From an uncultured Acidobacteriota bacterium (GTDB lineage Bacteria; Acidobacteriota; UBA6911; RPQK01; JAPXNP01), in the NCBI GenBank assembly GCA_963777605.1, contig CAVZRV010000031.1:1-64000 (forward strand): a DNA stretch of 64,000 nucleotides. The letters are read 5' to 3'. Position 1 is the first letter of the stretch. Each line of letters opens with the position of its first letter. Both the position numbers and the translations under genes were made by a program. Below are positions 19,870 through 31,005 of this stretch, in pieces. A model generated the notes under the pieces. The model made no database searches, was not told the origin of the DNA, and was given only the letters and a program-made list of their open reading frames with translations.

Positions 19870-20181
19870 TGGCGCAGATCAGGCTTTTCACCTTTCTCCC
19901 CGACGTCAACTACATTTCTCAAGGAAATGTAATTGTCGCTGAGCACCTTTCCTCCCCTTCCCTGATACAATCCTCCGAAGCAGGCCAACGTGGCTCAATC
20001 CAGACGGGTTGCATCTCCAACGCCCAGCCAAAAGAAGTTGTTAGAAGCCGCAGCCAGGAGCGGCGCTGTGGATACAACCCTAGTCGCTCTGGCGCACGGG
20101 AAAGAAAGCTGGGATTCCGGAGCTCCGGTGTACTTCGTGGGCGAGTTTGCCTGACCTGCTATTGGAAGGGGAGGGAGTAAA

Positions 20182-23100
20182 ATGGCACCACAAATCGGGA
20201 AGAGCCCCGGGTTTGATTTGCAGTACCAACCGACGCAGGAGATACGCTATGCCGTCGTGATGTACGGCGGGGTTTCGCTGGCCATCTATATGAACGGAAT
20301 CGCCCAGGAACTGCTCCGGATGGTCCGCTCCACAGCGCCTCTCGAGGCTCACGATCATTCGGCCGGATCCCAGGCGCCACTCCTTCCCCCCGCAGATCTC
20401 AAGCAGGAATCGACCTCCCAGGTCTATCGGAAGATCGGTCAGATCCTCTCCCAGGGAGAACGGGTCAAGAACCTCGACGAAGTCACGGACGACTCTCCAA
20501 TCCTGACCCGGTTTGTAGTCGATATCCTTTCTGGAACGTCGGCGGGCGGGATCAATGCAATTTACCTCTCCAAGGCCCTCGCCAACAATCAGCCTCTGGG
20601 CCTTCTTGAAGACCTCTGGATGAAGGAAGCCGATATCGACAAACTCCTCAACGACGCAAAGTCCTTTCACAACAGCCTTCCGTCCCGCCGAACGACATCC
20701 TCCCTCCTCAACAGCCAGCGCATGTACCACAAGCTCTTCTCGGCATTCCAGCTCATGGATGAAGCCGGCGGCGCCAGGCAGCAGGGCTATTCATCCCCAC
20801 TGGTGGACGAACTCGATCTCTTCGTCACCGCCACCGACCTTCAGGGAATCGAGGTGCCGATCTCGACGACCGACCTCGTCGTCAAAGAGAGGCTCCACAA
20901 AATAGACTTCAGTTTCAGCTGCCGGCATCGCAAGCCCCGTGTCAATCACTTCATGCACGGTTACAACGGAATGCTGGCCTTTGCGGCCCGCTGCACCTCT
21001 TCGTTTCCCGTGGCTTTCGAGCCGATGAAGCTGTCCGACGTCAAAAGAGTGCCTGAGCTTTCAGAGGCCGACTTTACGACGAAATACTGGAAGCCCTTTT
21101 TCCCGATCTATCTCAATGCTCAGGAATTCGATCGAAACTATGTCGAGCGTGAACTTGCCGACGGAGGGTACCTTCAGAACAAGCCTTTCCGATACGCCCT
21201 CGACTCGATCAAGTACCGGGACGCCTGGGGGCCCGTAGACCGCAAACTCCTGTTCCTCGAGCCGTTCCCGGAGGACACGAGTGCAACTCGGACCAATGTC
21301 CCGACGAACTTCATCTCGAATTTGATCAAGGCTGCCAGCACGCTCCCCAGTTACCAGGCAATCCTGCAGGACCTCAGCGCCCTGAATGCCCGGAATCGGC
21401 AGATTTATCGCATCCAGGCACTCCGGCAACGGCTCGACCTGGAAGGGCAGGAACCGACCTGGAAGCCCCACGACAGCGGGAGCTTTGCGTCCGAGACGCT
21501 CGACAGCCTGATCGAAGAGCGCGGGAATTGCTTTGCCACGTACCACCACTTGCGAGTCTTTCAGGTGACGGACGAACTGGCCAGGCTGGTCACGTCGCTT
21601 CTCGGTTTCAGCAAGGACTCGGATGAGTTTCGCGCCGTCAGGCACCTGGTCCGTGCCTGGCGCGAAGCGCGTTACGATCCGAATCCTCCAGACCAGGAAA
21701 AGGCCTCGGAGACGAAATTCCTTCTCGAATTCGATCTCGCCTATCGGATGCGCCGGCTCGACAACCTCCGGCTGAGGATCGACCGGCGCCTGGGAGAGGT
21801 TCGCGCCGAATTCTCCGCGGCTCAGGACTCCGACAGTTCCCGCCACACGAGTCCTCGGGTGGTGGAACTCAAAGTAATCCGGAGTAAAGTCCAGGAGGCG
21901 CTCCAGAATATAAAGGAGACCTGTGACGAACTCTGGGCTCGCGAGCTGGAGCCGTCTCCCCTGCGGGAGAAGCTGCGGGGCCACATTGCAGCATTCTCGA
22001 TCAGCCTGGACGAGATTAACGAGATCCTCTCTCCCCCGAGCGAATCGGCATCCTACGCAAGAGCCGTCGACCTGCTCGGGCGCAAAGAGGCCGAGTTTAG
22101 GGAGCGTCAAGCCGGCCGGGTTGAACTCCCGCTGGATGCTCTCGCCCAAGAGCTTGCAAACGAGCTTGCGCAGACCTTTGCCCGATCTTACAGCAAGGTG
22201 CGCAGTGCGCTCGGCCTCACTCGCAAGAGCGGCCTGACTCAAACGCAGGTGGAACTCAAAGCCGCCTACAACGTTTTCGACTACTTCGACTCGCTGATCT
22301 TCCCGGTTCTCTCATCCATGGAAGTCGGTGAAGGGGACGAGGTCGAGACCTATCGAGTCAGCCCCTTCGATGCCGACTTCTCGAACCAGGCGCGGGACAG
22401 AGGCGGCAAGGAGAAGCTCGCCGGAAGTGCCCTGATGCATTTCGGGGCCTTTCTAAAGGAGGAATGGCGTGAGAATGACATCATGTGGGGCCGCCTCGAT
22501 GGCGCCGAGAGAATCATCGATTCCCTTCTCCCTGGAGACCACCTTGCCGGGATTCGGGCGGAACTGACCCGGCAGGCCCACGAGATCATCATCAGTGAAT
22601 GCTTCACTCCCCAGAGGCAGGCGGAGTTTTTCGAGATGCTGTCCACCTGTCTCCCCATGGCTGGAGAGAGCCGAAGCGAGGGTTTCGATCTCAAGAGCCT
22701 GATGCAGAGGGTTCGACTTGAAGTGGCGGAGGACCCGAACAGTGTCGTCGCCTTACTGCTCAGAAACGCTCTGGACGATCCGAAGCGGCACGATTTGTTC
22801 AGGAGAGCTTATCGCAAGCCTTCCCCTCCGACCCCTGAAAGAAATCTGGAACGTACCCGCAGGGCGATCAAGATTCTCGGGCAAATGATCAAAGGGCTCG
22901 ACCGGGGAGACGGGCAAATGACGAAATGGGGTGCCCGTCTGGCCAGAGCCGGCGGTTTTCTCGGGTCGATCGTCGAGCTTTCCCTGCCGGAAAGTCGTCT
23001 CGGTCGATTGAGGAACCGGTTCTTTGGTTTCCTGGCATCCGCCTCCGGACTTCTCCTCATCGCAGGCTATCTCGGCAACGAAGCTGTGAAATACACGGGT

Positions 23101-23364
23101 TGGGCCTGGCTCGGAGTCACAGTCTTACTGTACCTGGTCACGCTGGCGATCCAGAGTTTTCTCGGTTTGTTTACCAAGCCGGGCCTCTTTCGGCACATCT
23201 TCTTTCTGATCCTCTTGGTCACGGCTGGAATTCTGTATCTGATCCCCCGCTTTGGGTATGGCGAGTATTCGGCGCGGGGGGCGCTTGCCCTGGCGGTTGT
23301 CGCCGTCGTCGGCTGGATCGTCTCGTGGTTCTTTCGAAAACCGGGTTACGGAGTGAGCGACTGA
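20182..23364 (+). CDS. Large patatin-related protein (DUF3376-like C-terminus, terminal TM helices)
   Basis: YGGVSLAIYMNG, GTSAGG, TSSFP, DGGYL.NKP, HFGAFL..WRENDIMWGRLDGAE. Confidence 0.9.
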   Translation: MAPQIGKSPGFDLQYQPTQEIRYAVVMYGGVSLAIYMNGIAQELLRMVRSTAPLEAHDHSAGSQAPLLPPADLKQESTSQVYRKIGQILSQGERVKNLDEVTDDSPILTRFVVDILSGTSAGGINAIYLSKALANNQPLGLLEDLWMKEADIDKLLNDAKSFHNSLPSRRTTSSLLNSQRMYHKLFSAFQLMDEAGGARQQGYSSPLVDELDLFVTATDLQGIEVPISTTDLVVKERLHKIDFSFSCRHRKPRVNHFMHGYNGMLAFAARCTSSFPVAFEPMKLSDVKRVPELSEADFTTKYWKPFFPIYLNAQEFDRNYVERELADGGYLQNKPFRYALDSIKYRDAWGPVDRKLLFLEPFPEDTSATRTNVPTNFISNLIKAASTLPSYQAILQDLSALNARNRQIYRIQALRQRLDLEGQEPTWKPHDSGSFASETLDSLIEERGNCFATYHHLRVFQVTDELARLVTSLLGFSKDSDEFRAVRHLVRAWREARYDPNPPDQEKASETKFLLEFDLAYRMRRLDNLRLRIDRRLGEVRAEFSAAQDSDSSRHTSPRVVELKVIRSKVQEALQNIKETCDELWARELEPSPLREKLRGHIAAFSISLDEINEILSPPSESASYARAVDLLGRKEAEFRERQAGRVELPLDALAQELANELAQTFARSYSKVRSALGLTRKSGLTQTQVELKAAYNVFDYFDSLIFPVLSSMEVGEGDEVETYRVSPFDADFSNQARDRGGKEKLAGSALMHFGAFLKEEWRENDIMWGRLDGAERIIDSLLPGDHLAGIRAELTRQAHEIIISECFTPQRQAEFFEMLSTCLPMAGESRSEGFDLKSLMQRVRLEVAEDPNSVVALLLRNALDDPKRHDLFRRAYRKPSPPTPERNLERTRRAIKILGQMIKGLDRGDGQMTKWGARLARAGGFLGSIVELSLPESRLGRLRNRFFGFLASASGLLLIAGYLGNEAVKYTGWAWLGVTVLLYLVTLAIQSFLGLFTKPGLFRHIFFLILLVTAGILYLIPRFGYGEYSARGALALAVVAVVGWIVSWFFRKPGYGVSD

Positions 23365-23629
23365 ATGGGAACGCAAACCCACTGGCCCGTTCGCCCTGGC
23401 CGGAAGACAGCGGTCTATCCAGAATGATTGCAACCATCAGGAACTCCGGGATAGCCTGAAGAAACAGTTCCGGACACCGGAGGCAAGTCCATCCATCAGG
23501 GGGTAAACATGCCTGCAGTCAATGACACGCCGCCCGAATTCGTCGGACAGCACCTTGGTCGCCTCTGGCAACATCGGGACGCTCAGTTGCCTGTCTACAG
23601 CCAGCTCTTCGATCAGAGGATCTTCCTTG

Positions 23630-25786
23630 ATGCCAAATATAGAGCTCACTGACAAGTTCGGTCTGGATGTCACACTTGAATTGGGTGACGGTTCCGCTTT
23701 GATAAGCAACTTCAAGAACCTAAGAGAATTGAAGTTCCCAGAGCTGGACGTTGCCAAGATCAGAGACCTCCCGATAGCGGAGCTGGGAGAAGAACTCAAT
23801 CCGTTCGGTGTTCACGTATCGACCGATCCGCCGCTCAAAATAGGGCTGGGCGGTGCCGTAATGACTGCCAAAGCGGGCGCGGGAATGACGCTCCGAATAC
23901 GAACCCCTGATCACCCTGTTGCCATCATGCATGACTATTATGGCGCGCCGATTGGCATCGAAGAGGGACAGTGCTGCGTTTCTTTGGAGCTGGTCGTGTC
24001 GTTTTCAGAAAAGGCATCCCAAGGCCCGTTCGGTTTTTCAGCAGGTAGTGAAATCAACATAGGACACCATCGCCTCTTTTCCGTGAATGACGAGAGAGGC
24101 TTCATTGAAATCCTCTCGGAATTCCTCAACGGGGTTTCTCTTCCCTCTGAAGTTGAAGACATCAAGACGATGCCGAAAGACTCTGTCACGACTTATGCGG
24201 GGCTGGGTGCTCTGAAACTCTCCGGGACGGTCAACTTGTTCTCGGCTGTCAATCCCCTGGCAACTGCCTCAAGTGTGCCAATCGGTGTCCTCAAGGTCTC
24301 CTCAGCTCAGTTGATCGGAGCTGGAGCCTCATTTACCTGCTCAGGTGCGTATCAGATTCGACTTCACAGACGCGACGATCGCTCGGTACAACTTGGGCTT
24401 TACCGAAAGCAGGGCACGCAGTTTGCCGTCTCTGCAGCAGTCTCAGCCGGCATCTCCACTCAATTTGGGGAAACCGACATGATCGAGAAACTCCTTCGTG
24501 CTGTAAGTACGGACCCGAACGCGGATGCAGAGCAACTGAAGCGGGCCGGCCTCGATGACGGGCGGGTCAAAGCAATCGGAGATGCAGTTGCGGCCGGTAT
24601 TCAACGCAGTCTCGAGCTGGCACTGCACTTTGAGTTTGGCCTGCTTCGAACAGGTGAAGCTGCCTTTCAGTACCGAATTGACCCTGAAAAACTGGACGTA
24701 GCTGCTGGAGCGGCGATTACCGCTGCACTTCGAGGCGAGTGGGCCCAGTTGATCCAGGACGAGAATCCTCTCCCTCGGGGAATTGGCTTGGCCAAGAGCA
24801 TCCTGATCGATTCTCGAGCCAGAAAACACACCCTCAAGGTCAATCTTCTGGGGATTTACAACTGCATCTCCGTCAGCGAACTGCTCCTTAAGGGAGTCGT
24901 GCTCTATGATGCTGACACCGGTGAACTGACGATTTCCGACACTGTCTCGGCCTCCCGCATCCGGTCGAGTGCCATCAACTTTGGCTCGAACTTCGAAAAG
25001 CTTCGCAGCATTCTGGCCGAGTCCTTCTTGATTACAGCCATCTACCGGGGGAGCCAGTTCATCGTCAGTCCCCCGGAGCTGAAGTCCGCCCACAGCTATT
25101 TCGAGATACATGCCCGAACCAACCGCCAGACCATGAAGGACAACCTGGATGTGGCTGAGGCCCTCGGTTTGCTTTCCCCAGGTGATGCAGAGGATTACTT
25201 GGGTAATCGCTTCGAGTTTGGCAGGAGCCTATTTCTGGCTGAGACGCGATACGACGACCAGACCGCACGAGCACTTTTCCTGGAGAAAGGCCGACCGCGA
25301 CCTCAGAGAGATTTCGAAAGGGTGGGAAGAGAGGCTTTAGGGCTCCTGATTCGACAGGGTGATCCGAACGACTATCGTAGAGTCATTCTCCAGGACAGAG
25401 TATGGATGAAGATGAAGAAGGCCGGGCAAGCCAACTTTACGGCCATCCTGCCTGGCCTCACTCGGGAGCAGGTCCTCCTCGTCGTCGGTGACTATACGAT
25501 CATCGTGTGGTGGGCCGAAACGATGGCCAAAGCCGCTGAGAGTCTGCACCAAATCGATCGGCTGCTTGCGAAATCTCGGGGTCCGGAGAGTCAAGCGTTC
25601 AAATCCGCCCGAAAAGAGTTAGCGAAAAGCCTTCATGATGTGGCAGGGCGGACAAAGGAGCGTTTCGGCGAACCCTGGGGCCTCATTACCATGGACCTGG
25701 CTGCTAACCGACGCTCTGCAGCCGAGGTTAGAGTTATCGCGGACCTTGTGACGCTGCACTCGAGTCGCCCTGAACTGCCCGCGTAG
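23630..25786 (+). CDS. Large hypothetical protein (~718 aa)
   Basis: Long uninterrupted ORF with AGAGGA RBS; no motif recognised. Confidence 0.8.
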   Translation: MPNIELTDKFGLDVTLELGDGSALISNFKNLRELKFPELDVAKIRDLPIAELGEELNPFGVHVSTDPPLKIGLGGAVMTAKAGAGMTLRIRTPDHPVAIMHDYYGAPIGIEEGQCCVSLELVVSFSEKASQGPFGFSAGSEINIGHHRLFSVNDERGFIEILSEFLNGVSLPSEVEDIKTMPKDSVTTYAGLGALKLSGTVNLFSAVNPLATASSVPIGVLKVSSAQLIGAGASFTCSGAYQIRLHRRDDRSVQLGLYRKQGTQFAVSAAVSAGISTQFGETDMIEKLLRAVSTDPNADAEQLKRAGLDDGRVKAIGDAVAAGIQRSLELALHFEFGLLRTGEAAFQYRIDPEKLDVAAGAAITAALRGEWAQLIQDENPLPRGIGLAKSILIDSRARKHTLKVNLLGIYNCISVSELLLKGVVLYDADTGELTISDTVSASRIRSSAINFGSNFEKLRSILAESFLITAIYRGSQFIVSPPELKSAHSYFEIHARTNRQTMKDNLDVAEALGLLSPGDAEDYLGNRFEFGRSLFLAETRYDDQTARALFLEKGRPRPQRDFERVGREALGLLIRQGDPNDYRRVILQDRVWMKMKKAGQANFTAILPGLTREQVLLVVGDYTIIVWWAETMAKAAESLHQIDRLLAKSRGPESQAFKSARKELAKSLHDVAGRTKERFGEPWGLITMDLAANRRSAAEVRVIADLVTLHSSRPELPA

Positions 25787-25913
25787 GCAAAGGAGAACCA
25801 CGCCTCAAACTCTCCAAGAATCTCATTTCAAACCAGCGAATCGATATTTTCGCTGACGGCCTGCGAACCTCGAAGGGTGAACTTGACTGGCGCTTTGCTG
25901 TCTGCGATGGCCT

Positions 25914-25932
25914 GTTAAGTTGACAGTACCCC
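25914..25932 (+). mobile_element. IS6-type terminal inverted repeat remnant
   Basis: GTTAAGTTGACAGTACCCC, identical to 8063-8081. Confidence 0.65.
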
Positions 25933-26527
25933 TTTGAATGCCTGACTGGGGCACTAACTGCAAAGTCCAATTCAACAGGGATCACGAATAATACAGTTGT
26001 CGGAGAACTTTACTTTAGTACCAAATTGGTCCCATTAGACGTTATTTGATGGTGCGGATTGGACTTTCGGTTTCCGTTTCAGAAATGAGTCAAGTTCGGA
26101 CTCCCGGCGTTGTTGGAGGCATTTACAAGACCCGATCCGCCACGGGTTGAGCCCCGGCGCTGCGGATCCTCTCGTAAAAGACTGATTGTGAATCCTTTAC
26201 CAGAAATATTGGAAAGTCTGAAGAGTTTGGCACTCCAATTGCCTTGCCTATTCCGTCTTTGCCTCTCAGGGGGGAGGTTGACATCGTTGTAGGCGATCGT
26301 TTCTGAGGCAATTCCGTCGTGAACAATTGGCTCAGTAGGCCCGCATGATCCGCCCGGATCGTGGGGGTGACGTGTAGGCATCAGGCTCGCCCGAGGACGG
26401 TCCTCGGTCCGGACAGCGTGTGTTCGGAAAATTTGAACTGCACTGCAAGTAGGAAGATGTGCGCCCGCTCAATCCGCCGCCATCGCGAACCAGAGAGGCG
26501 GAGAGTGGACCAACAGAAGGAGATCGA

Positions 26528-27268
26528 ATGAGCGAAGCATTCAAAAAGGTTTTACCTGGGTTGTTCGTTGTTGTCTTCATGGTGGGCATGACGGTGCCGT
26601 CACATGCGGACACCATCACTGTCTATGCTGTCGCCGACGCCGAAATCACTGGCTATCTCACTGGAAGTTCCGCCAACACCAGTAATTGGGGAGGGCTTGG
26701 GTATCTGACGGGAAATGTTGGCAGAGCAGGTGGGCCTACTTCGGCTCAATTCCCCAATTACGGCGATTCGCGCGGCCTGTTCTTATTTGACCTGGCTTCG
26801 ATTCCAGTAGGGTCTACCATCACGTCCGTCAATGTAACGCTATTTGAAAACTGGAAGTTCGGAACTAGTTCAAGTTCACTTAGCCTGTATCAAGTGACAT
26901 CCAGTTGGAGTGAGACGGGCGTCACCTATGACTCAAGACCGACCTGGAATTTCGGCCAATCTTGGGGAATGGGCTATTCCTCTTCCGGGCATAGGTTTAG
27001 CACCGGCACAACTACTGGAACCCTCGCAACTCTGGTTCAGAAATGGGTTGACAATCCTGGCACCAATTTCGGTCTCATCACCTCGGATACCTACTCATCT
27101 ACTAGCCTACTGCGCATTCTTGCCCATGAGGCGACGGGTACCAGCACGGACCCGAAACTTACCATAACGTATACTCCTCCGCCTCTGCCTGTACCGGAAC
27201 CCGCCACTCTCTCGCTTTTGGGTTTGGGAATGGTCGGACTGATGGTCAGGAGAGGAAGAAGAGACTGA
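26528..27268 (+). CDS. PEP-CTERM sorting domain protein with DNRLRE-like domain
   Basis: Signal peptide; FDL.SIP.G.TITS, W.E..VTY..RP, PKL.ITY; VPEPATLSLLGLG...RRGRRD. Confidence 0.88.
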   Translation: MSEAFKKVLPGLFVVVFMVGMTVPSHADTITVYAVADAEITGYLTGSSANTSNWGGLGYLTGNVGRAGGPTSAQFPNYGDSRGLFLFDLASIPVGSTITSVNVTLFENWKFGTSSSSLSLYQVTSSWSETGVTYDSRPTWNFGQSWGMGYSSSGHRFSTGTTTGTLATLVQKWVDNPGTNFGLITSDTYSSTSLLRILAHEATGTSTDPKLTITYTPPPLPVPEPATLSLLGLGMVGLMVRRGRRD

Positions 27269-28216
27269 GACGACAGATGGTTTAGTTGCGGCCCGATTTG
27301 GACAGTTCTCGGGCCGCAGCAGCTCAGTGCGGGACGAGTTGCCTCCTTCATTGTTCAATTTGAGAATTCAGGCCCGACGGGCTGAGCCGCTCCCCTTCGA
27401 GCGATTGGGTTCTTCATGAGAATCGGTCGAAGAGGAGGACTCAGCCCGTGTTTCGATTTCGCAGCATCTTCAGCCGACTTCTGCAGCCTTAACCATGCCG
27501 CGAGTGCCAGAGACCGGCCCAGGAGACGATACCACGTCACACCCGGGGAGCTGCCAGCCTGACCCGGTTCGTCCTCACCTCAACCGGATCTTATCCCGAT
27601 CTATGGCTGAATACTAAGGACACGCCTCAATCCGTCGTCGAGCCGGGAACGCTGGTCCTGTTCGGCGGCAACCTTCTTCGCAGGAGACGCTTCGTCTTCA
27701 CGATTGCGACGTTGGTGGTGGTGTTCGTGGATGGTAACAACCCGGCCCCGAAAGGGGGCCACGATTCAAGCCGATGCATTTGCCTGGGTCAAGGGTCCGC
27801 CCCAACCAGTGAATGCGGCCCTTTGATGGCCGGCGATTGCTCCGTGGTGAAATTTCCCGCGACCTTTCGGGCCGCAATCATCCCACCCGCCCAGCACAGG
27901 AAGTCGTCTGTCGCCGACATAAAACAAGTGCTCGACATCTGCAGGAGGGCCCCGCAATCCACGCTATCCTTTGCTGGGATCGATTGGCACCTTACCTGCG
28001 ACTATGCGGGCATCAGCGGGAAGCGCCCGTATCCAACAGTGACAGGAAACCAGCCTGTGACGCCATTGTCCAGTTTCTAACGTCTGACCTGCTGTCACGT
28101 CTGACCTGCTTGACTTTACCCAACTCGTGGTGGTAAGAACTTGCCAAACTCTCTCGGGGCCCCAATCCAACCTCCCCAGTGTCCCGAAAGACAAAATCTT
28201 GAAAAGGAGAACAGTG

Positions 28217-30637
28217 ATGCTGAAGGGTTATCAGTCCCTGTTGGCGCTGTCCCTGCTTGTCCTCACGACACCCGTCTGCGCCGGGGAACGAATCGTTTAC
28301 CCGCAAGCGGCCGTGGGCCCTATCGGGGATCAATGGTTTGAGATTCAGCTGAAGATCGGTAACCGGAGCCCGAACTTTCCCTGGGACGGAACGGTCCGGC
28401 TTCTCCAAAAGACTTCGCTCGGGGGAATGTCTTCGCTCGACATAAACGGCCCCGAGGGCGCGCTAAGCGCAACGGAGGGAGCATGGAACGTCACTCTCCC
28501 GGCGAGCGGGTCGGCCACCTTTACGATTTCCAGCCAGGATCTGCAAGTGGGGATTTTGACCATCGAGGGAGCGAGCGGAAGTCCACTCTCGAGGCTCACG
28601 CCGTCATTCTTTTACCGCCTTCGCAAACAGCAAGGTGGGACCGTGACGGATCTGATCGCCATTCAGCCCGTGAGAGAGCCCGGACTCTCGTTCGACACCA
28701 TGATATCCAGGGACGCGACCCTCAATGTGGGATTGGCTCTCGTCTCCGATGAGGCCATCGACGCGGCCGGGGGCGAGGTACCGGAAACCGAAGTAACCGT
28801 TACGGTTGTCCTGGATAGTGGTGAGGAAATCCAAGGTCTGGTACAGCTCGGTGGCGCGGAAGACGCGCAGAAGGCGGTTTTCCCCAACGAGCTGCTGGAC
28901 TCGCTGCCAGAATCGATTGATGCCGCCCGGCTTCGATTGGCGGCTTCCGACCCGATCTACGTGTCGCTGCTCGCCGTGGGCACTCCCCCGCTTTTCGACG
29001 ACATCCAGATCGGTGCGGCGCCGGCCGAGGTCGCGACTTCCGGAAAATTCAGACTTCGAGACGGATGGGAATTCGTCCCGACGGGCGAAGATATCCTGAC
29101 TGGCAACTCCTGGGCTTGTGCCGGGCCCTACTTGACGGAGTTCCCCGGCGGATTGATCAGCAGCGCCCCGAACGGGTTTCAGACCCGGACCAACCTCTGG
29201 GGCACCTCGTTCGAAGTGAGTGGCGACTTCGGCCTTTTCACGAGCCTTAGAACCGGAGAATCGGCTTACCTCGTCGCCTTTGGACATCTTTCGGACGGAC
29301 CGGAGTGGTGGCGGGGCCTGCGCAGAATCGATTTCGGGATCCGCGACGGAAAGGTCGTCGCCGACGAGTACAACAACAGTCCCACCAAAGTTGTGCACAC
29401 ATTCTTTGACTCGGAGACTTTCCAGGGCGAGACCACCTTGGAACTGGCCCGGGTCGGAGGCACATTTTCGGTTTACGCCAACGATCGCTTCGGCGGTAGT
29501 TTCCCGGATTTCGGCCTGATCGACAACGGGCGTTTGTGGGTGGGGGCCAACGTCGAACCTCAGAGTTCACTCACAATGTTCTCCGCTGGAGCAGAACGCC
29601 GCCAGAGCAACCCTGAAGCCGTTACCGCCGTACCTCCGATTGCCCGGCAAGAGATTCCCCCACAAATTCCATCACTGCGTACAGAAGCGAGTGGGCACGG
29701 CGTGCTCGTGGGGGCAGCGGTGAGACTGAACCCGTTCGTCAGTGAGGATGTCTACCGTCAGACCTTGGCTGGAGTCTTTAACGAGTTGGTGGCGGAGAAC
29801 GCCATGAAGTGGGATTCCATCCACCCGGAGAGGCACCGCTACAATTTCTGCGGCGGTGACAGCCTCGTGGCCTTTGCCGAAACCAACGGAATGTCGGTGA
29901 GAGGTCACACGCTGCTGTGGCACAACCAGCTTCCGCAGTGGCTAACCGGGGGAGCCTTCAGCCGCAACGAGTTGATAGGGATTCTACGGGACCATGTCTT
30001 CCGCGTAGCGGGCCATTACCGCGGAAAGATCAAAGAGTGGGATGTGCTCAATGAAGCATTCGAGACGGACGGTTCCCTCCGGCACACGCTCTTTCTGGAT
30101 ACCATTGGTCCGGAATACATTGACATGGTGTTTCGCTGGACACATGAGGCGGATCCGGAGGCACTGCTTGTTTACAATGACTACGGTGCGGAAGTAATCA
30201 ACCCAAAGTCCACCGCGATTCTGGAATACATCAAGGGAATGCTCGAGCGGGGAGTACCCATCGACGGCATTGGTTTTCAGGGCCACATCGGACTTCTTAC
30301 CAACGGGAGACCGTCGAAAGGGGAACTGCTGGAGAATTTCGCCCGCTTCCGAGACCTCGGGCTCAACATCAGTTTGACCGAAATTGACGTGATCCTCCCG
30401 GTCGAGAACGGTCAGGCGACCGCCGGGAATCTACAGTACCAGGCCGGCGTCTTTCGGGATCTGTTGGAGGCCTGCCTGGAGTCCGGTTCCTGTTCCTCGT
30501 TTGTCACTTGGGGTTTCACCGACAAGCATTCCTGGATCCCTGAGCTTTTCGACGGGTACGGTGCCGCCCTTCTCTTTGGAGAAGACTACAACCCCAAACC
30601 TGCCTACGAAGCCCTCCTCGATGTGCTGAGCAACTGA
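28217..30637 (+). CDS. Secreted multidomain GH10 endo-1,4-beta-xylanase
   Basis: ENAMKW, RGHTLLWH, WDVLNE, YNDY, GIGFQGH, TEID, TWGFTD..SW. Confidence 0.92.
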   Translation: MLKGYQSLLALSLLVLTTPVCAGERIVYPQAAVGPIGDQWFEIQLKIGNRSPNFPWDGTVRLLQKTSLGGMSSLDINGPEGALSATEGAWNVTLPASGSATFTISSQDLQVGILTIEGASGSPLSRLTPSFFYRLRKQQGGTVTDLIAIQPVREPGLSFDTMISRDATLNVGLALVSDEAIDAAGGEVPETEVTVTVVLDSGEEIQGLVQLGGAEDAQKAVFPNELLDSLPESIDAARLRLAASDPIYVSLLAVGTPPLFDDIQIGAAPAEVATSGKFRLRDGWEFVPTGEDILTGNSWACAGPYLTEFPGGLISSAPNGFQTRTNLWGTSFEVSGDFGLFTSLRTGESAYLVAFGHLSDGPEWWRGLRRIDFGIRDGKVVADEYNNSPTKVVHTFFDSETFQGETTLELARVGGTFSVYANDRFGGSFPDFGLIDNGRLWVGANVEPQSSLTMFSAGAERRQSNPEAVTAVPPIARQEIPPQIPSLRTEASGHGVLVGAAVRLNPFVSEDVYRQTLAGVFNELVAENAMKWDSIHPERHRYNFCGGDSLVAFAETNGMSVRGHTLLWHNQLPQWLTGGAFSRNELIGILRDHVFRVAGHYRGKIKEWDVLNEAFETDGSLRHTLFLDTIGPEYIDMVFRWTHEADPEALLVYNDYGAEVINPKSTAILEYIKGMLERGVPIDGIGFQGHIGLLTNGRPSKGELLENFARFRDLGLNISLTEIDVILPVENGQATAGNLQYQAGVFRDLLEACLESGSCSSFVTWGFTDKHSWIPELFDGYGAALLFGEDYNPKPAYEALLDVLSN

Positions 30638-31005
30638 CGGCATCGAGTCTATGCTCAAGGCGAGCCTTCAACCGGTCCTCCCGATACCCTGTCTACTCCT
30701 CTCTTTGACCTGACAGGGTTTGTTACGATTCAAAGTGAGTTTCCAGAATTCCAAATCCGATTGCGTTAAGACCCGTCTGGCCATCAGGAGTACATAGGCT
30801 CCGGCGCGGTTTGCCGGCGATCGTGCCTTTTCCGAAGTCTGCGGGCGTAATCAGATCCGACTTGAGGCACGAGTATCGAACGGATTCCCGGGAGACCGGA
30901 ATGCCTCGCTCAGCCAGAGGCCCTCGATGTCTCGAAAACTGAGGGCAAATCGGAATCCAGTACTTGCCGATCGGCGGAACTCGCGACCGAACCATGCAGC
31001 ATGGG

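Noticed and set aside
26079-26381. Short minus-strand ORFs in an AT-richer spacer
   Set aside because: No motif, RBS or consistent frame.
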